This document shows positions 22,051-33,153 of a stretch of 64,000 nucleotides of DNA, in pieces. A model generated the notes under the pieces. That model was given only the letters and a program-made list of their open reading frames with translations. It did not search any database and was not told where the DNA came from. The number at the start of each line of letters is the position of its first letter. Position 1 is the first letter of the stretch. The stretch comes from Ignavibacteria bacterium (lineage in GTDB: Bacteria; Bacteroidota; Ignavibacteria; Kapaibacteriales; UBA961): the NCBI GenBank assembly GCA_947491315.1, contig CANLII010000005.1:34552-98551 (forward strand). The letters are read 5' to 3'. The position numbers were made by a program, and so were the translations under genes.

Positions 22051-22998
22051 ATGACCGACTGGATCAATCGATACAAAGAATGGAAAAAAGCTCGTGATGC
22101 AAAACGCAAAGAGCCAGAAACTCCGATTGAGCACATTGTTTCATGGTTCAAAACCATGTTCGGTGCGGTGTTTTTCATCATGATAGTCAATGGTTTGTTT
22201 TTTGGATCATTTGTCGTTCCAACCGGTTCGATGGAGAATACAGTTGCCACGGGTGATTTTGTATTTGTAAATCGATTGGTCTATGCACCCTCAACTCCAC
22301 AAATGGTTCCATTCATCAATAAACCACTCCCATTTTTACGCCTACCTGGTTATTCAACACCAAAGGTAGGTGATGTGATAGTGTTTATTTATCCGGGTGA
22401 CAGAGATGATGTGGAGCCAAGAGATTTTACCTATTACTTAAAGCGTTGCGTCGGCATTGCCGGAGATACAATCGAGATTCGTAAAACAATTGTCTATGTT
22501 AATGGGAAGGTATTTGGATTACCAAAAGATGGAAAATTTGATCTTTCCATGGAGGCTCCTTCTGAATATATGGATCAGTGGTTGCAAGCACAAAAGGATC
22601 ACTCATTTCCAATTGGAAATGGGAATACCCGAGATGACTGGGCACCGATGCGCATCCCTAAGAAAGGTGATAGAATTACCATTACAAAGGAAAATGTGAT
22701 ACAGTGGGAAGTGTTTATTCGCCGTGAAAAACATTCCATTGCCATTGATGGTGATGCTATTATGATTGATGGGAAAAAGACATCAACATATATAGTTGAA
22801 AAAGATTATTGCTTTGGATTAGGTGATAATCGCAATAATAGTGAGGACAGTAGATATTGGGGATTCATTCCCATGGAAAGTATCATTGGAACTCCTATGA
22901 TTGTGTATTGGTCATGGGATACGGGTCGTCCAATCTCTGATCTTTTCAAAAAGATCTCATCCATCCGATGGTCACGCATCGGTACGATCATTCGCTGA
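22051..22998 (+). CDS. lepB: signal peptidase I
   Basis: PTGSMENT (Ser), YLKRCVG (Lys), GDNRNNSEDSRYWG. Confidence 0.95.
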   Translation: MTDWINRYKEWKKARDAKRKEPETPIEHIVSWFKTMFGAVFFIMIVNGLFFGSFVVPTGSMENTVATGDFVFVNRLVYAPSTPQMVPFINKPLPFLRLPGYSTPKVGDVIVFIYPGDRDDVEPRDFTYYLKRCVGIAGDTIEIRKTIVYVNGKVFGLPKDGKFDLSMEAPSEYMDQWLQAQKDHSFPIGNGNTRDDWAPMRIPKKGDRITITKENVIQWEVFIRREKHSIAIDGDAIMIDGKKTSTYIVEKDYCFGLGDNRNNSEDSRYWGFIPMESIIGTPMIVYWSWDTGRPISDLFKKISSIRWSRIGTIIR

Positions 22999-23008
22999 GT
23001 CATCAATC

Positions 23009-23797
23009 ATGATTGAATTGTTTCGCATAGGATTTCTCCAGATCACATTGATCGATGTGCTGGATATTGGTATCGTGACAATACTGTTCTTTGCATTGTA
23101 TTCCGTATTGCGCGATACCATTGCAGTAAGAATCCTGCTTGGTTTTATTCTCATGTTGATTGTGTCATTTATTACGCAATCACTCAATCTTAAAGCACTG
23201 AATTGGATTCTGCGCGCAATTGCCGATATCTGGCTCATTGCATTCATTATTCTGTTTCAACCTGAAATTCGAAGAGTATTATTGGTCATCACGCGAACAA
23301 AATTATTCCGGGTAATCGTGAAAAAAAATATTTCACAATCTCTGAATGATATTGTTGAGGCTGTGAAGGAATTGTCGGACAGACATGTCGGAGCATTGAT
23401 CGTGTTTCCGAGATCCCAGAATATCAAAATGACCATAGACACAGGCGTTCCGATTCAAGCATTGGTCAGTTCCGAGCTACTGCTTTCAGTATTCAATCCA
23501 AAATCACCTTTGCATGATGGTGCAGTGATCATTGAAAATGACATGATTACTGCTGCGAAATGCGTATTACCCCTCAGCAATATGTCGAGATCTGATTTGG
23601 GTAATCTTGGAACAAGACATCGAGCCGCACTTGGTCTGTCAGAGCAGTCAGATGCTGTGATCGTGATCATTTCTGAAGAAACAGGCTCGATTTCGATTGC
23701 ACGCGAAGGACATCTCACACAACAAATCGGCATCAAGACCTTCCCCGGTTTATTACAAAAATATCTGTCATCAGGCGCTATTTCTGATACAGATTAA
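23009..23797 (+). CDS. cdaA: diadenylate cyclase CdaA
   Basis: 3 TM, FQPEIRR, LHDGA, GTRHRAA, SEETG. Confidence 0.93.
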   Translation: MIELFRIGFLQITLIDVLDIGIVTILFFALYSVLRDTIAVRILLGFILMLIVSFITQSLNLKALNWILRAIADIWLIAFIILFQPEIRRVLLVITRTKLFRVIVKKNISQSLNDIVEAVKELSDRHVGALIVFPRSQNIKMTIDTGVPIQALVSSELLLSVFNPKSPLHDGAVIIENDMITAAKCVLPLSNMSRSDLGNLGTRHRAALGLSEQSDAVIVIISEETGSISIAREGHLTQQIGIKTFPGLLQKYLSSGAISDTD

Positions 23798-23846
23798 TCA
23801 TCCCCCGAATCTTTGCAGCAAGTTCGGAATTCTTATGTGAATACTC

Positions 23847-24503
23847 ATGAGTCGACATTTTTATACTGAAGCTCGATCAGGCCTCGTGCAGATTTTGAGA
23901 GAACGCGGAATTACAAATGAAGCGGTTTTGCAAGCATTTGGCTCAGTACCTCGAGAACAATTCGTATCGGACCCTTTTAAACAAAGAGCATATGAAGACA
24001 TCGCATTGCCAATAGATAAACATCAAACCATTTCTCAGCCATACACAGTTGCTCGCATGACGGAGTTACTGGAAGTAAAGCCCGGTCATTCAATATTGGA
24101 AATTGGTACAGGATCCGGATATCAAGCAGCGATTCTTGCTGAAATGGGTGTGACGGTCTATACGATTGAGCGACATTTTGAATTGTACAATGCAGCAAGA
24201 TCCATTCTCAAAGAATTATTTCAAGGAACTTCCATTCAATGTAGATTCGGTGATGGTACTATTGGTTGGTCTGAGTATGCACCGTATGATGGCATCATTG
24301 TTACTGCGGGTGCACCGGAAATACCCGATGCTCTTTTAAAACAATTGTCAATCGGAGGACATCTCATCATTCCGGTAGGTAGTGAAAAATCGCAAGTGAT
24401 GCATTGCGTCGTGAGGGAAGATGAGAATAATTATGCCGATTATCCTCTTGAGGATGTTAGTTTTGTCCCACTGATTGGCAAACAAGGTTGGAGTGGAATA
24501 TAA
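23847..24503 (+). CDS. pcm: protein-L-isoaspartate O-methyltransferase
   Basis: QTISQPY, LEIGTGSGYQAA, APYDGIIVTAG, FVPLIG. Confidence 0.95.
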   Translation: MSRHFYTEARSGLVQILRERGITNEAVLQAFGSVPREQFVSDPFKQRAYEDIALPIDKHQTISQPYTVARMTELLEVKPGHSILEIGTGSGYQAAILAEMGVTVYTIERHFELYNAARSILKELFQGTSIQCRFGDGTIGWSEYAPYDGIIVTAGAPEIPDALLKQLSIGGHLIIPVGSEKSQVMHCVVREDENNYADYPLEDVSFVPLIGKQGWSGI

Positions 24504-24965
24504 ATGAATGAGTCGATGCACATCATACATGCAATCAAAACCGAGCAGGAAAAAGGCAAGAAAATCGTATTCACGAATGGATGCTTTGACATACTGCATC
24601 GTGGTCATGTCACCTACTTGAATCAAGCCAAGGAATTGGGCGATCTCTTGATTATTGGCATAAACTCTGATGAATCCGTTCAGCGATTGAAGGGTCCGGA
24701 ACGCCCCGTGAATATGCTGGAAGACAGAGCATATGTTTTGTCTGCACTCAAATCAGTGGATTATGTTATTCCATTTGAGGAAGACACTCCGCTGAATCTC
24801 ATCAATCAGATCATGCCTGATATTCTGGTGAAAGGTGGTGACTATACCATCGATCGCATCATTGGCGCACAAGAAGTCTTAGCGCATGGAGGAAGAGTGG
24901 AAATTATTCCATTTGTTCCGGGTAAATCCACATCTGCAATCATAGATACCATCAAGACGCTTTGA
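24504..24965 (+). CDS. rfaE2: D-glycero-beta-D-manno-heptose 1-phosphate adenylyltransferase
   Basis: [35 protein letters not shown]. Confidence 0.9.
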   Translation: MNESMHIIHAIKTEQEKGKKIVFTNGCFDILHRGHVTYLNQAKELGDLLIIGINSDESVQRLKGPERPVNMLEDRAYVLSALKSVDYVIPFEEDTPLNLINQIMPDILVKGGDYTIDRIIGAQEVLAHGGRVEIIPFVPGKSTSAIIDTIKTL

Positions 24966-26319
24966 CTCTCAATTCATAAGCATCAATCAATTTCTTGAGT
25001 TCATCTCTGTGCAATTCAGGATCTGCATTCAAAATATTGGGGATCTCAAGCATGGAATCAATGATAAATTCATTCATCTTTCCTCTTTTCAATGCTTCTG
25101 CATAGGGCATATGATTGAATGTCACCATGGAATATGCAGTATGGAATGATTCAGGGAACATATCAGACAAAATTCTCTCCGCTTTTTTTCTACGAAGGAA
25201 TTCAGGATCTGCGACAAGGTCTCGCATTTCAATGAAATTATTCAGTGCAAGTTCGGCAATCGCATCACCATTGGGTTTGCGTGCAATTTCATAATTATGG
25301 AAGAGTTCTGTCCAGTCATCACTTCCATGTGCATCGAGCATTTCCCCAAAAACTCTGCAATCTTCAAATCCTGCATTCATTCCTTGACCAAAAAATGGAA
25401 CGATGGCATGCGCGGAATCACCCATGAGCAATACTTTGTCTTTAAATGCCCAAGGAAATACACGAACTGTCACAAGAGAAGAAGTTGGATTGGCTTTATA
25501 ATCCTCGAGAAGTGTAGGCATCATTGCCATCGCATCAGGAAATTGCTCAGAGAAGAATTGCATGATGTCTGCATCGGATTGCAGTGAAGCAAATGATGGA
25601 TTACCTTCAAATGGGAAGAAAAGTGTGCATGTGAAACTGCCATCCATATTGGGAAGAGCAATCATCATATATTGTTTTCTCGGCCAAATATGAAGAGCAT
25701 TCTTTTCTAATTTGAATGATCCGTCCTCAGCCGGCGGAATATGCAATTCCTTATATCCATGTTCAATATAATATTGCTGATAATTGAAGCGATCTGTCTT
25801 TTGCATCACCTCGCGAACAGCTGAATATGCTCCATCCGTTGCAATGATGGAATCAGCTTCCACCACTATTTCACTGCCATGTTGCATGTCTTCAAAATGC
25901 GCGGTTGCAGTAGGTAAATCCACATGGGTGCATTTATGATTGAATGTGATATGCACATTCTCAAAAGCATCGGCACATTCGATGAGAGCTTTATTAATAC
26001 CGCCTCTGGAAACGGAATTAATTGCCTGGCCATCTTTGCCATAAGCAAGATAACTTTCTGTTCCATCCACTGCATGCATCATTCTACCATGCATTGGAAT
26101 GGCAACCGAGAGAATATCCTCTATGATTCCTGCGGCTTCGAGTCCGCGAAGTCCACGATCGGATAAAGCCACATTGATTGATCTTCCTGCGCCGAGACTA
26201 TTTGCTCGCATGTCCGGTCTGCGCTCAAAGATTGAGATGGAATGTCCTCTTTTGGCTAAATACACAGCCAATAGGCAACCGACTGGACCGCCTCCGATGA
26301 TGGTAATCTTTTTGCACAT
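24952..26319 (-). CDS. kmo: kynurenine 3-monooxygenase
   Basis: [61 protein letters not shown]. Confidence 0.92.
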   Translation of the reverse strand: MCKKITIIGGGPVGCLLAVYLAKRGHSISIFERRPDMRANSLGAGRSINVALSDRGLRGLEAAGIIEDILSVAIPMHGRMMHAVDGTESYLAYGKDGQAINSVSRGGINKALIECADAFENVHITFNHKCTHVDLPTATAHFEDMQHGSEIVVEADSIIATDGAYSAVREVMQKTDRFNYQQYYIEHGYKELHIPPAEDGSFKLEKNALHIWPRKQYMMIALPNMDGSFTCTLFFPFEGNPSFASLQSDADIMQFFSEQFPDAMAMMPTLLEDYKANPTSSLVTVRVFPWAFKDKVLLMGDSAHAIVPFFGQGMNAGFEDCRVFGEMLDAHGSDDWTELFHNYEIARKPNGDAIAELALNNFIEMRDLVADPEFLRRKKAERILSDMFPESFHTAYSMVTFNHMPYAEALKRGKMNEFIIDSMLEIPNILNADPELHRDELKKLIDAYELRVKAS

Positions 26320-26457
26320 TGTGATGACCGATGAAAAATGATGGGTGATATTCATTGCAAAACTAACAACTCTGCACAAACATGATTCTCATCAGGAAAT
26401 CAGTGGATAAAAAATGGTATTTTCACCATGCATGTTTCATTAAATCGGTGTAGTATC

Positions 26458-27135
26458 ATGAAATGTACTTTTTACGGACATTCCACTTTTCTTCTGAAAA
26501 CCGAGAGTCATTCGCTTCTATTCGATCCATTTATTTCGCAGAATCCACTTGCAAGTCATATAGATATAGATTCCATCAATCCTGACTATATCTTGATTTC
26601 TCATGCTCATGGTGATCATTGTGCGGATGTAGAGCTTATAGCGAAGAAATCGGGGAGTACAATCATCGCCAATGTTGAGATTGTCAATTATTTTGCAGAT
26701 AAGGGAATCGAAGGATTCGCCATGAATTCCGGTGGATCACATGAATTTCCTTTCGGAAAGTTGACAATGACCCATGCATATCATTCAAGTTCTTTTCCGG
26801 ATGGAACATATGGCGGTAATCCGAATGGATTTGTGATTCATTCCGGTGATACATGCATGTTCTATTCCGGTGATACCGCGCTTACTTCTGATTTCGCATT
26901 ATTGGGTGAGAGATATGCCATCGATCTTGTAATTCTGCCGATTGGAAATGTGTTCACAATGGATTATGTGGATGCTGAAAGAGCTTGCATGATGCTGAAG
27001 GCGAAGAAATGCATGGGCGTGCATTTTGATACTTTTCCGCCAATAAAGATTGATCATGAGATCGTGCAAGCATATATGAATCTGAAAGGACAGGACTTTT
27101 TCTTGCCCAAGATTGGAGAAGAATTCAAACTTTGA
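26458..27135 (+). CDS. metallo-beta-lactamase-fold hydrolase (UPF0173)
   Basis: SHAHGDH, HSSS, SGDT, LPIG..FTM. Confidence 0.88.
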   Translation: MKCTFYGHSTFLLKTESHSLLFDPFISQNPLASHIDIDSINPDYILISHAHGDHCADVELIAKKSGSTIIANVEIVNYFADKGIEGFAMNSGGSHEFPFGKLTMTHAYHSSSFPDGTYGGNPNGFVIHSGDTCMFYSGDTALTSDFALLGERYAIDLVILPIGNVFTMDYVDAERACMMLKAKKCMGVHFDTFPPIKIDHEIVQAYMNLKGQDFFLPKIGEEFKL

Positions 27136-28259
27136 TGCGATTCTATTGCACATATTGTCTTTGTATATGTTGTATCATTTCAACAGCAGTAAGTAATGAT
27201 GGCATGGTGCGATGTTCTTCATTTATTGATACAAATGATATTCGGACTGGTCCTGCAGTCAGTACTTGGATACGATATCTGAATTCCTCACCTGATTCCA
27301 TACAAGAGAATCCACTTTGGCCGATGAAAGATAGAAATGATAGATTTTCTTTTGATCCGGCAAGAGTATGGATATTTCAATCAAAAGAATTCATGAATAC
27401 ATTTCCTCCCATGATCATCGGCGCAGAAGAAGTACAGAAAGGGAAAGTCTTGATCAAAACATTGTTTCAAGGAATGGATTCTACCGGATCAAATCTTCCG
27501 ATAGCTGTGTATAGAGTATTGGCAAGGGTAGAGGATGGACAATGGCAACTTGAATCTGTGCTTGAAACCATGACAGAAGATTGGAATACCAAAAGCATCG
27601 GTGGAATGACATTTTATATGTCCCCAAAACACAAATACTCATCCTCTTTGGCTAGAAAGGCCATGCGATTCTGTGATTCACTAACAGCATTATTTGATCT
27701 CGGTGATATTGAAGATACAAGATACTATGTGACAAGTTCCAAAGATGAGCTTGCTTCGATTCTTGGATTCGATTTTTTTGTGTCCACCCCGCAAGGTTTG
27801 ACTTATCCCGAAAAAGATTGGGTATTCACGGCATTGGATACTGAACTACACTCACATGAACTTGTGCATTTGATGTTCAGATCATTCTCCAATACACACC
27901 CTTTCATCTCGGAGGGTTTATCAACATGGCTTGGAGGAAGTTTAGGAGAAAATCTACGTGATTTGAAGAAGCAATTGGCAATTGAATATGTGCGAAGACC
28001 AAATGATTTGTCCATCGAGAAAGTACTTGAGAAAGGTCAAAGAGAATCATTGGCGTATTATACGTTTGGAGCAATGATTTGTAGGCAAGTGTTTCTGCTT
28101 CGTGGTGGATCGGGACTCAAAAAGTTTTTGAATGATTGCGCTGTGGAAACTTCGAAACTTCATGAAATCATTTCTCATCATTTATCAATTCAAATAAATG
28201 AAATTGATCCATTTCTCCGAACTGGATTATTTGATGCGCATACCGTAGGAAGTGATTAA
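27132..28259 (+). CDS. hypothetical exported protein with a gluzincin-like motif
   Basis: HELVH followed by ISEGL. Confidence 0.55.
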   Translation: MMRFYCTYCLCICCIISTAVSNDGMVRCSSFIDTNDIRTGPAVSTWIRYLNSSPDSIQENPLWPMKDRNDRFSFDPARVWIFQSKEFMNTFPPMIIGAEEVQKGKVLIKTLFQGMDSTGSNLPIAVYRVLARVEDGQWQLESVLETMTEDWNTKSIGGMTFYMSPKHKYSSSLARKAMRFCDSLTALFDLGDIEDTRYYVTSSKDELASILGFDFFVSTPQGLTYPEKDWVFTALDTELHSHELVHLMFRSFSNTHPFISEGLSTWLGGSLGENLRDLKKQLAIEYVRRPNDLSIEKVLEKGQRESLAYYTFGAMICRQVFLLRGGSGLKKFLNDCAVETSKLHEIISHHLSIQINEIDPFLRTGLFDAHTVGSD

Positions 28260-28260
28260 C

Positions 28261-28788
28261 ATGAAACGATTGATTATCATCTTTTTAATGTGTTCTGCAC
28301 ATCCCGGACTATATGCGCAGGAAGCAAAAGATCACACTCCGAATGGCATTAGACCCACTATTGGTTTCTCATTACCCGAATTGCTGCATATTGGTGCGCA
28401 TTATCAGATGGATGATGTGCAATGTGGACTGAGTATTGGTTCATTTCCCATTGATAATGGAAGCATCATCACCTATTCTGCAGATGTCATTTGGCATATG
28501 TTCGGTGAGAAAAATGAATTACATAATAAACCTTGGTATGGAAAAATCGGCATTACATTCATGCGGGAAGAAACTGAGTTCGAGATCAATACATGGTCTT
28601 ATGCTCATTTGAGATTAGGACATGAATTCGCGCTTTCAAATTTCATAGCTTTGCACATTGATGCAGGACTGATGTTTGCATTGCAACATGATGAAATTGA
28701 GAAAAAACCAAGGAATTCTTGGTTTAATGTTGAATTTAATGTTCCTGTATTGCCAAGCATTGGAATAACAACCGCATATTCATTTTAA
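28261..28788 (+). CDS. hypothetical outer-membrane beta-barrel-like protein
   Basis: Signal peptide, alternating beta pattern, terminal AYSF. Confidence 0.6.
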   Translation: MKRLIIIFLMCSAHPGLYAQEAKDHTPNGIRPTIGFSLPELLHIGAHYQMDDVQCGLSIGSFPIDNGSIITYSADVIWHMFGEKNELHNKPWYGKIGITFMREETEFEINTWSYAHLRLGHEFALSNFIALHIDAGLMFALQHDEIEKKPRNSWFNVEFNVPVLPSIGITTAYSF

Positions 28789-28797
28789 GTGATAGAC

Positions 28798-29688
28798 ATG
28801 ATGACTTTACCCTTGAAAGGCACGATAACAGCCCTTGTGACACCGATGCACAAGGACGGCTCCATTGATTATACATCTCTCAAAAGACTCATTGATTTTC
28901 AAATTGAAGGGAATATCTCTGCCATAGTTGCTTGCGGTTCCACCGGTGAAAGTGCCACTATGTCATTCACTGAGAAATGCGATGTGATGCGCACTACTGT
29001 TGAATATGTTGCCGGAAGAGTTCCTGTGATTGCAGGCACCGGCTCGAATGATACTGCGGCGGCGATTGCGCTCACAAAGGAAGCAAAAGCGATTGGTGCA
29101 GATGCTGTCCTGCTTGTTTCACCATTTTATAATAAACCAACTCAACGCGGCTTGATTGCACATTTTTCAGCTATTGCCGAAGCATGTGATATTCCGCAAA
29201 TTCTCTATAATGTTCCGGGAAGAACAGCCTCAAATGTCACTGCAGAAACGCAATTACAATTGGCTGAAACATTCTCGCATATCATTGCCACCAAAGAAGC
29301 TTCCGCAGATTTGGAGCAAATGATGGAAATCATCAGGAATCGTCCTGCGCATTTTACTTTGCTTGCGGGTGATGACTCATTGGCACTACCAATCATAGCT
29401 TCCGGCGGACATGGCGTGATATCTGTTTTGTCGAATTATGCTCCTGGACAATTTGGTGCATGTATCAATGCGGCATTATCGGGTGATTTTGAAAAAGCAA
29501 GAGCATTGCATTATCCACTTTTTGATTTGATGCAACTCAATTTTATTGAGACAAATCCAATTCCGGTGAAGGGTATTCTTTCAATGATGGGAATCTGCGA
29601 GGAACATTACCGTCTGCCGATGCAACCTCTGTTGAAAGAGAATAAAGAGAAGCTCAGAGAAGCATTGATTAATGCAGGAATCCTATAA
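28798..29688 (+). CDS. dapA: 4-hydroxy-tetrahydrodipicolinate synthase
   Basis: TALVTP, GSTGES, YNKP, LYNVPGRT, KEAS, ETNPIPVK. Confidence 0.95.
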   Translation: MMTLPLKGTITALVTPMHKDGSIDYTSLKRLIDFQIEGNISAIVACGSTGESATMSFTEKCDVMRTTVEYVAGRVPVIAGTGSNDTAAAIALTKEAKAIGADAVLLVSPFYNKPTQRGLIAHFSAIAEACDIPQILYNVPGRTASNVTAETQLQLAETFSHIIATKEASADLEQMMEIIRNRPAHFTLLAGDDSLALPIIASGGHGVISVLSNYAPGQFGACINAALSGDFEKARALHYPLFDLMQLNFIETNPIPVKGILSMMGICEEHYRLPMQPLLKENKEKLREALINAGIL

Positions 29689-29689
29689 A

Positions 29690-29721
29690 AAAATGGCTCT
29701 CAAAAATATGAGAGCCATTTT
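29690..29721. terminator. bidirectional intrinsic terminator between dapA and groEL
   Basis: AAAATGGCTCTCA-aaaata-TGAGAGCCATTTT. Confidence 0.85.
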
Positions 29722-29749
29722 GCTTGATACAAGATTTGAATCTATCTTA

Positions 29750-31375
29750 TCAATAATCCATACCACCATGACCCATGGCAGGCATTGGTTTTTCTGCTTC
29801 TGGTTTCTCAACGATTGTAGCTTCAGTTGTCAGAAGCAAGCTGGAAACTGATGCTGCATTCTCAAGTGCAACGCGTGATACTTTAGTTGGATCAATCACG
29901 CCTGCTTTGATCAAGTCTTCATATTGCTCAGTGCGAGCATTGAAGCCAAAAGATCCTGTTCCTTCTTTGATGCGATTTGCAATGACGGATGCTTCGAGAC
30001 CAGCATTTGTCACGATTTGGCGAATCGGCTCTTCTACTGCACGACGAATGATTGCAATACCTGTGTCTTGATCATGATTCTCACCATGAAGATTATCAAG
30101 TACGTGCACAGCGCGCAAATAGGCAACTCCACCACCGGGAACGATACCTTCCTCTACAGCAGCGCGTGTTGCATGCAAAGCATCTTCAACGCGAGCTTTC
30201 TTTTCCTTCATCTCAACTTCAGTTGATGCACCGATTTTGAGTACTGCAACACCACCAGAGAGTTTTGCAAGACGCTCTTGCAATTTCTCGCGATCATAAT
30301 CACTTGAGGTTTTTTCAATTTGTGATTTGATTTCATTGATGCGCTTCTTGATATCATCAGAAGAACCAGCACCTTCAACGATTGTGGTATTGTCTTTATC
30401 AATCGTGATTTTCTTTGCTGTTCCAAGATATTCGATTGTTGCTGTATCGAGTTTATATCCTTTTTCTTCGCTGATTACGGTACCACCAGTAAGAATCGCG
30501 ATATCTTCAAGCATTGCTTTTCTGCGATCACCAAAGCCTGGAGCTTTTACAGCTGCTACACGCAAAGTTCCACGAAGTTTGTTCACAACCAATGTTGCAA
30601 GTGCTTCGCCTTCGATGTCTTCAGCAATGATGACAAGTCCGCGACCTGATTGTGCGGTCTTTTCAAGAATAGGAAGAAGATCTTTAATTGCACCGATTTT
30701 CTTGTCATGAATGAGGATAAATGGATTCTCGAGAACTGTCTCCATTGTATCGGCATCAGTTACAAAATATGGTGAAAGATAACCGCGGTCGAATTGCATA
30801 CCTTCAACAACATCCATGGATGTGTCAGTACCTTTTGCTTCTTCAACGGTGATGACGCCGTCTTTACCAACTTTTTCCATTGCATCTGCAATGAGATTAC
30901 CGATTGTTTCATCATTGTTTGCTGAGATGGTACCAACCTGAGCGATTTCTTTTTTGTCGGTGACCTCGCGACTCATATTCTTGAGTTCGGCTACCAATGT
31001 CTTAACCGCAAGATCGATACCGCGCTTGAGGTCCATTGGATTCGCACCAGCTGTCACATTCTTCAAGCCCTCACGAACGATTGCCTGCGCAAGAACGGTT
31101 GCTGTAGTCGTTCCATCACCAGCTACATCGCTAGTTTTGGAAGCAACTTCTTTAACCATTTGTGCACCAAGATTCTCGATAGGATCTTCGAGCTCAATCT
31201 CTTTTGCAACAGTTACACCGTCTTTTGTCACGGTTGGGGAACCAAATTTTTTGTCAATGATCACATTGCGACCCTTTGGGCCAAGTGTCACTTTAACTGC
31301 ATTGGCGAGTTGATCAACGCCACGCTTGAGCGCTGTACGCGCTTCAACATCAAATGTTATGATTTTCGATGCCAT
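29750..31375 (-). CDS. groL: chaperonin GroEL
   Basis: [30 protein letters not shown], Gly/Met tail. Confidence 0.99.
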   Translation of the reverse strand: MASKIITFDVEARTALKRGVDQLANAVKVTLGPKGRNVIIDKKFGSPTVTKDGVTVAKEIELEDPIENLGAQMVKEVASKTSDVAGDGTTTATVLAQAIVREGLKNVTAGANPMDLKRGIDLAVKTLVAELKNMSREVTDKKEIAQVGTISANNDETIGNLIADAMEKVGKDGVITVEEAKGTDTSMDVVEGMQFDRGYLSPYFVTDADTMETVLENPFILIHDKKIGAIKDLLPILEKTAQSGRGLVIIAEDIEGEALATLVVNKLRGTLRVAAVKAPGFGDRRKAMLEDIAILTGGTVISEEKGYKLDTATIEYLGTAKKITIDKDNTTIVEGAGSSDDIKKRINEIKSQIEKTSSDYDREKLQERLAKLSGGVAVLKIGASTEVEMKEKKARVEDALHATRAAVEEGIVPGGGVAYLRAVHVLDNLHGENHDQDTGIAIIRRAVEEPIRQIVTNAGLEASVIANRIKEGTGSFGFNARTEQYEDLIKAGVIDPTKVSRVALENAASVSSLLLTTEATIVEKPEAEKPMPAMGHGGMDY

Positions 31376-31413
31376 GAGTATATAACCTCTAGATTAGAAT
31401 TCAATGAAAATGA

Positions 31414-31704
31414 TTATTTAGTCAACACAGCAAAAATATCTGACTCACGCATGATGAGTAGATCCTCGCCATTGACAGAAACCTCTGTTCCTGAGTACTT
31501 GCCATACAAAACAGAATCGCCAACTTTTACTTGCAGTACGCTTACTTTGCCATCATCATTGATTTTTCCAGGGCCTGCAGCGATGATTTCACCCTGCATT
31601 GGCTTTTCTTTTGCCGTATCCGGGATGATGATTCCACCGGATGAAACTTCTTCCGGCTTTGAGGGACGCACGAGAACTCTATCGTGCAAAGGGGTCAAAT
31701 TCAT
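31414..31704 (-). CDS. groES: co-chaperonin GroES
   Basis: [27 protein letters not shown]. Confidence 0.98.
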   Translation of the reverse strand: MNLTPLHDRVLVRPSKPEEVSSGGIIIPDTAKEKPMQGEIIAAGPGKINDDGKVSVLQVKVGDSVLYGKYSGTEVSVNGEDLLIMRESDIFAVLTK

Positions 31705-31752
31705 AAGAACCTCTAACTTGTAAAATGTGAATAAAGAAATGTCAAATTAGAA

Positions 31753-31779
31753 TTAGCACTCTGCCTAAGTGAGTGCTAA
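31753..31779. promoter_or_regulatory. CIRCE element (HrcA operator) upstream of groES
   Basis: Exact TTAGCACTC-N9-GAGTGCTAA. Confidence 0.95.
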
Positions 31780-31822
31780 TGGCGGGTGTCTGACGATGCG
31801 TTGGCAATAATTATTGCATGCA

Positions 31823-31900
31823 TGTGGATAACTTCTGTAATAATCTTGGGAATTGGACAAATCTGATAATTTTATCCATATACATTATGACTTTTCCACA
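31823..31900. promoter_or_regulatory. cluster of three DnaA-box-like 9-mers
   Basis: TGTGGATAA 31823-31831 (perfect), TTATCCATA 31872-31880, TTTTCCACA 31892-31900. Confidence 0.55.
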
Positions 31901-31955
31901 TAGCAAATCCTGTCGAATCCTTATCTTCGCGAGCAGCAAAAGATGGAGGAATGCT

Positions 31956-33140
31956 ATGCTTAGAGATGACATACAACATGGATCGCAGGATATGAAAAAG
32001 CCCGATATCGCACAATCTATTGACGCATTATGGGCTCAGATTCGCCTTTATGCCGATTCATATTCTGCTTTGAAGACCGCTCATGGAGAAATGCAACAAC
32101 AATTGTTCAGCGCGGATAAATTAAGGTTAGCCAAAGAGAAAGAACAAGAGAGAGTCTTGCAAGAACAGAAAGTTCTTAGTGACAGAGTAAAGGCATTGGA
32201 ACGCAGTCTGCATCAAAGTGCTGGATTGCAACAAGAATATGATGTATTGAAAACGGAAGTACAGTCTATCAAAAGAAATGCCGCCAAGTATGATGAGGAG
32301 CTTGCAATAAGACAAGGTCAGATTTCTATTCTTGAAGGAAAACTTGCAGATCTGGCAGGAATGGACAATGTAATGAGATCTATGTTATCAGGTCTTCTGA
32401 AGGAATCTCTTGACATGTCGGAGTTTCCTCAAAATGAAGATGATTTGCGAAAAGCATCGGAAGCGATACTGAAATATATGCACGGTTTGCGGAGTGATGC
32501 TCAAGATAGATTGTCTGAAATCGAGGAATTGCGTTCAGAGATGAAGAATGCTTCTGAGTTCAAGCAATCGAAGGATGCAAATATCGAATCACTCCTCACA
32601 GAAATTGAAGATCTGAGATTGGAGAATAAGAATTTGCTCCGGTCTAAGAAGCAAAGTGAAAAAACAGCTGAATCACACATTGAATCCAATAACTCTGATT
32701 TGCATGCTGAAGTGAAAGATTTGAAACTCCAATTGGAGTTAAAGATTTCCGACATTGATCATATAGCAAATAGATTGCATGAAGCGGAAAATCAATTGGA
32801 TGAAGAAAAAGAAAGAAACCGTGATTTGAAAGATCAGATTATTGCAATGAGAGATTTGAATCCGGATGCCGCCGGTAGGCAATCATCGCTTGAGTCTTCT
32901 GTTGAAAAATTGCGACAAGAGCGAAGTGATTTACAATCAGACATTGACAAATTGCGTGCTGAACAAGATGAAAAAGATGATATCATTTCAGCTCTCCGTA
33001 ATGCAAAAGGAGATTTATTCGATGAAGCTGGGTTCACATCTCTCAAAAAAGAGAATTCCACTTTGAAGAAGGAACGCCTATTGATGGCTGAAAAATTTGA
33101 AGAATTGAAACAACGCTTGGATAAAGCGCTGAATGCATAA
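31956..33140 (+). CDS. hypothetical long coiled-coil protein
   Basis: E/K/L/Q-rich heptad pattern throughout; GGAGG before ATG 31956. Confidence 0.75.
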   Translation: MLRDDIQHGSQDMKKPDIAQSIDALWAQIRLYADSYSALKTAHGEMQQQLFSADKLRLAKEKEQERVLQEQKVLSDRVKALERSLHQSAGLQQEYDVLKTEVQSIKRNAAKYDEELAIRQGQISILEGKLADLAGMDNVMRSMLSGLLKESLDMSEFPQNEDDLRKASEAILKYMHGLRSDAQDRLSEIEELRSEMKNASEFKQSKDANIESLLTEIEDLRLENKNLLRSKKQSEKTAESHIESNNSDLHAEVKDLKLQLELKISDIDHIANRLHEAENQLDEEKERNRDLKDQIIAMRDLNPDAAGRQSSLESSVEKLRQERSDLQSDIDKLRAEQDEKDDIISALRNAKGDLFDEAGFTSLKKENSTLKKERLLMAEKFEELKQRLDKALNA

Positions 33141-33153
33141 TTAGAAATAAAGG

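Noticed and set aside
29775-31723. Long antisense ORFs over groEL/groES, and similar ones over guaB and smc
   Set aside because: These are shadow frames of conserved, codon-biased genes with no recognisable motifs.
31801-31818. Sigma54 promoter TTGGCA...TTGCA
   Set aside because: The GG-to-GC spacing is one base too long for the strict -24/-12 geometry.
31705-31955. oriC call
   Set aside because: Only one perfect and two imperfect boxes, no clear unwinding element, no dnaA nearby, and skew cannot be assessed here.
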